From Burkholderiales bacterium (GTDB lineage: Bacteria > Pseudomonadota > Gammaproteobacteria > Burkholderiales > SG8-39): a DNA stretch of 64,000 nucleotides. Location: NCBI GenBank assembly GCA_036381055.1, contig DASVDO010000009.1:1628-65627 (forward strand), in the 5' to 3' direction. A model generated the notes under the pieces. The model ran no database searches. It was not told the origin of the DNA and saw only the letters and a list, made by a program, of their open reading frames with translations. Shown here in pieces: positions 61,436-64,000 of the stretch (the first letter of the stretch is position 1; the number at the start of each line of letters is the position of its first letter). The translations under genes and the position numbers were made by a program.

Positions 61436-62458
61436 CTAGCGGCCCTCGGCCAGCGCGCGGCGCATCGAGGCGAAGCGCTTGCGGTACTGCGCCGGCGTGA
61501 GGCCGACGCTGCGGCGAAAGAGGCGGCTGAAGAAGCCCGCGTCCTCGTAGCCGACTTCCTCGGCGATCGCCTCGATCGGGCGGCTGGAGGTCTCGAGCAT
61601 GTGCTTCGCCTCCTCCAGGCGCAGCGTGTGCACGTACTCGATCGGCGACAGCCCGGTCGCCTGCTTGAAGCGGCGGTTGAACGAGCGCTCGGCGAGGCCG
61701 GAGAGCCGCACCATGGCGGCGACCGGCGCGCTCTCGCGGTAATGCTCGGCGATCCATTCCTGGCAGCGGCCGACGATCGCGTCCTGCGCCTGCCGGGTGC
61801 GCGCGAGCCGCGCGAAGGGCTGCTGGCCGATGTGATGCCAGTCGATGAGCGAGATGCGCGCCACCTGCATCGCCGCCTCGACGCCGCAGGTGCGCGCGAC
61901 GAGATAGAGCGCGAGGTCGAGCCAGCTCGTGCCGCCGCCCGCCATCACGAGGCGCTGGCCTTCGCCGGAGACCACCAGCGCGGCGTTCGGCCTGACCTTG
62001 ACTCGCGGATGCCGGCGCGCCAGCACGTCGCAGTACGCCCAGTGCGTCGTCGCCTCGTGGCCGTCGAGGAGGCCCGCCTCGGCGAGCAGGATCGCGCCCG
62101 AGCAGGCGGTGGCGAGCGTCGCGCCCGCCTCGTAGCAGCGCCGCAGCCAGGCGATCTCGGCCTCGAAGCGGCCTTCCAGCGGCTCGCCCGGCGGCACCGC
62201 GAGCTCGGGCACGCAGACGAGGTCGGGCCGCGGCCATTGCTCGAGGCCCGCCTGCGGCGTGATGCGCACGTCGTTCGCGGCGACGAAGCCTTCGCGCCGC
62301 GACGAGACGACGACCGGCTGCACGAGCTGCGGCCCGGGCTTGCCTTCGACGATCAGGCCCCAGTCCCTGCCGGCCGACATGAACAGGTCGTACATCCCGT
62401 AGACCACCGAGGCGGTGGTCTCCGGCATGGCGAGGATGGCGGCGCTGACCGCTGGCAT
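61436..62458 (-). CDS. GlxA-family transcriptional regulator (DJ-1/PfpI-like domain plus AraC-type HTH)
   Basis: N-terminal amidotransferase-like domain (ATACSGAILLAEAGLLDG) and C-terminal AraC HTH (IEAIAEEVGYEDAGFFSRLFRRSVGLTPAQYR). Confidence 0.85.
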   Translation of the reverse strand: MPAVSAAILAMPETTASVVYGMYDLFMSAGRDWGLIVEGKPGPQLVQPVVVSSRREGFVAANDVRITPQAGLEQWPRPDLVCVPELAVPPGEPLEGRFEAEIAWLRRCYEAGATLATACSGAILLAEAGLLDGHEATTHWAYCDVLARRHPRVKVRPNAALVVSGEGQRLVMAGGGTSWLDLALYLVARTCGVEAAMQVARISLIDWHHIGQQPFARLARTRQAQDAIVGRCQEWIAEHYRESAPVAAMVRLSGLAERSFNRRFKQATGLSPIEYVHTLRLEEAKHMLETSSRPIEAIAEEVGYEDAGFFSRLFRRSVGLTPAQYRKRFASMRRALAEGR

Positions 62459-62553
62459 GGCCGATTCGTCGGGTTCCTTGCCGGAACGGCTTTGGCGGCG
62501 AGAGCGGCCGCGGCATACCGTCCGGGCTTCGATTTTCCACGGAGCGAATCGCG

Positions 62554-63519
62554 ATGAGCAAATACCGCAAGCGCCTGCCGCAGCTCGCAGGGAAGCTTTT
62601 CATGAGCGACGGCGGGCTGGAGACCACCCTCATATTCCACCAGGGCATCGACCTGCCCGAGGGCGCCGCCTTCCATCTCCTGCGCAACGAGGAGGGCACC
62701 GCCGTGCTGCGCCGCTACTACGACCTGTACGCCGGCATCGCGCGCGAGCAGCGCATGGGCTTCGTGCTGGAGAGCCCGACCTGGCGCGCCAACCCGGACT
62801 GGGCGGCCAAGGTGGGCTACGACGCGCGCTCGCTCGCCGACGCCAACCGCCGCGCGATCGGCCTGATGCTGGAGGTGCGCGCGGCCTGGGAGAGGCGCGA
62901 GGTGCCGTTCGTGGTGAGCGGCAACATCGGGCCGCGCGGCGACGGCTACTTCCCCGACCGGCGCATGAGCGCCGCCGAGGCCAAGTCCTACCACGGGGCG
63001 CAGATCGACACCTTCGCGGCGACCGACGCCGACATGGTGTCGGCGTTCACGCTGAACTACCCCGAGGAGGCGATCGGCGTCGCGGCCGCCGCCAGGGAGA
63101 ACGCCATCCCGGTATGCATCTCGTTCACCGTCGAGACCGACGGCCGCCTGCCTTCGGGCGACACGCTCGCGGAGGCGATCCGGCGCGTCGACGACGCCAC
63201 CGCCGGCTATCCCGCGTACTACATGATCAACTGCGCGCACCCGGTGCACTTCGGGCCGGTGCTCGAGCGCGGCGGCGACTGGCTGGCGAGGCTCCAGGGC
63301 CTGCGCGCCAACTCGTCGAAGAAGAGCCATGCCGAGCTCGACAACTCGCCCGAGCTCGACACCGGCGACCCCGAGGAGCTCGGCGAGGAGTACGTGGCGC
63401 TGCGCGCCCTGCTGCCGTCGCTCGCGGTGGTCGGCGGCTGCTGCGGCACCGACCATCGCCACGTGCGCTCGATCTGCCGGCACCTCGCCGGCGATTACGC
63501 GGCGGCGCTCTCCCGGTAG
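62554..63519 (+). CDS. Homocysteine S-methyltransferase-family protein
   Basis: Pfam-02574-like pattern: DGGLETTL, INCAHP and GGCCGT (Zn-binding Cys residues). Confidence 0.8.
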   Translation: MSKYRKRLPQLAGKLFMSDGGLETTLIFHQGIDLPEGAAFHLLRNEEGTAVLRRYYDLYAGIAREQRMGFVLESPTWRANPDWAAKVGYDARSLADANRRAIGLMLEVRAAWERREVPFVVSGNIGPRGDGYFPDRRMSAAEAKSYHGAQIDTFAATDADMVSAFTLNYPEEAIGVAAAARENAIPVCISFTVETDGRLPSGDTLAEAIRRVDDATAGYPAYYMINCAHPVHFGPVLERGGDWLARLQGLRANSSKKSHAELDNSPELDTGDPEELGEEYVALRALLPSLAVVGGCCGTDHRHVRSICRHLAGDYAAALSR

Positions 63520-64000
63520 AGGCCGAGCGCGCGCATCGCCGGCAGGTCGTCGAAGGAGAAGAGCACCGCCTCCTCGCGCGAGGAGGCGTTGCCGTGGCGG
63601 TGCGGCGCCCACGAGGGCAGGGCGAAGATGTCCTTCTCCCGCCACTCGAAGCGCTGCCCCGAGATCTCCGACCAGCCGCGTCCCTTCGCCACCTGGTAGA
63701 TGGCGCTCCCGGTGTGGCGATGCGCGCGCGTCGCCTCGCCCGGGCGAAGGAGCTGCAGCCGCGCGCCGATCGTCGGCATCACCGGCCCGCCGGTGAGCGG
63801 GTTGGCGTACTCGAGCAGCTTGCCGTCGTACGGCGAATCCTCGCCTTCGCTTTTCAGCTTTTCGTACCACTCGGCCCACGGGTAGTGGAACACCGGGGAA
63901 TACGGTTTCGACCAGTTCTTCTTCTCGATTTTTCCCGGAAGGGGTTCCTGTACGACGCGGGGATGCACTTCGTAGAAGTTGGCGTCGAGCGAGTTCATGA
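63495..64000 (-). CDS. Gentisate-1,2-dioxygenase-like bicupin, C-terminal part only (5' end outside window)
   Basis: GEATRAHRHTGSAIYQVAKGRG ... FALPSWAPHRHGN is the second cupin of GDO-like enzymes. The ORF reaches the window edge. 25-nt convergent overlap with the methyltransferase gene. Confidence 0.7.
   Translation of the reverse strand, partial: MNSLDANFYEVHPRVVQEPLPGKIEKKNWSKPYSPVFHYPWAEWYEKLKSEGEDSPYDGKLLEYANPLTGGPVMPTIGARLQLLRPGEATRAHRHTGSAIYQVAKGRGWSEISGQRFEWREKDIFALPSWAPHRHGNASSREEAVLFSFDDLPAMRALGLYRESAAA

Noticed and set aside
63495-63998. A complete 167-aa cupin protein starting at the ATG at 63998.
   Set aside because: The sequence corresponds only to the C-terminal cupin of gentisate-dioxygenase-like bicupins, and the frame is still open at the window edge. 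I treated it as a 5'-truncated gene.

Overview
High-GC, Burkholderiales-like betaproteobacterial chromosomal segment (taxon inferred from the porin type, codon usage and gene content). It is packed with about 66 protein-coding genes and contains no rRNA, tRNA, CRISPR array, integrase or prophage genes that I could see. Genes are unusually tightly coupled: at least 20 start/stop junctions are 4-nt NTGA overlaps and 4 are TGATG overlaps.

Contents in order:
- TPP enzyme and dehydrogenase; porin; orphan solute-binding protein.
- A duplicated cupin/bicupin module, interrupted by a RAYT-REP insertion.
- A Rieske oxygenase.
- An 8-gene coupled operon: SEC-C/Cys-cluster protein, two cupins, an MFS transporter, a secreted NTF2-like protein, an orphan EutA-type ATPase, a bicupin and a FAD monooxygenase.
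- A TRAP-transporter operon with an SDR and a DUF427 protein; a second FAD monooxygenase; glycine-zipper lipoproteins; a peroxiredoxin.
- A TetR / 4-hydroxybenzoyl-CoA-reductase-like (Hcr-type) molybdenum hydroxylase / RND pump operon; an MFS transporter.
- A periplasmic IorAB-type molybdenum hydroxylase coupled to a SoxY-like carrier (C-terminus SACVDET instead of GGCGG) plus SoxZ.
- A long minus-strand operon: TPP enzyme, cystathionine beta-synthase, cystathionine gamma-lyase-like enzyme, M28 peptidase, aldo/keto reductase, AI-2E transporter.
- A second TRAP system; a methyltransferase-like plus MTHFR-like pair; SDR-soxX-soxA.
- An EthD / LVIVD propeller / cupin / HpaB-like / DUF2848 / PAS operon; a frameshifted DUF2846 lipoprotein gene; an EamA transporter and an aldo/keto reductase.
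- Glutamine-synthetase-like enzyme plus Rieske oxygenase with a GlxA/AraC regulator; a homocysteine S-methyltransferase; a truncated gentisate-dioxygenase-like gene.

Three short intergenic repeat families are present: the GGTGACWGTCACC REPs with their RAYT, a 24-27-nt CAGGGACAGACCACGTTTT element, and an ATTCGGGG stop-to-stop element.

The best candidates for undescribed biology are (1) the cupin + EutA-like + SEC-C/Cys-cluster operon and (2) the IorAB-SoxY(variant arm)-SoxZ operon, considered together with the orphan SDR-soxXA.

All calls rest on reading the translated ORFs and the DNA by eye. Start codons are the least certain part, and no database search was run.
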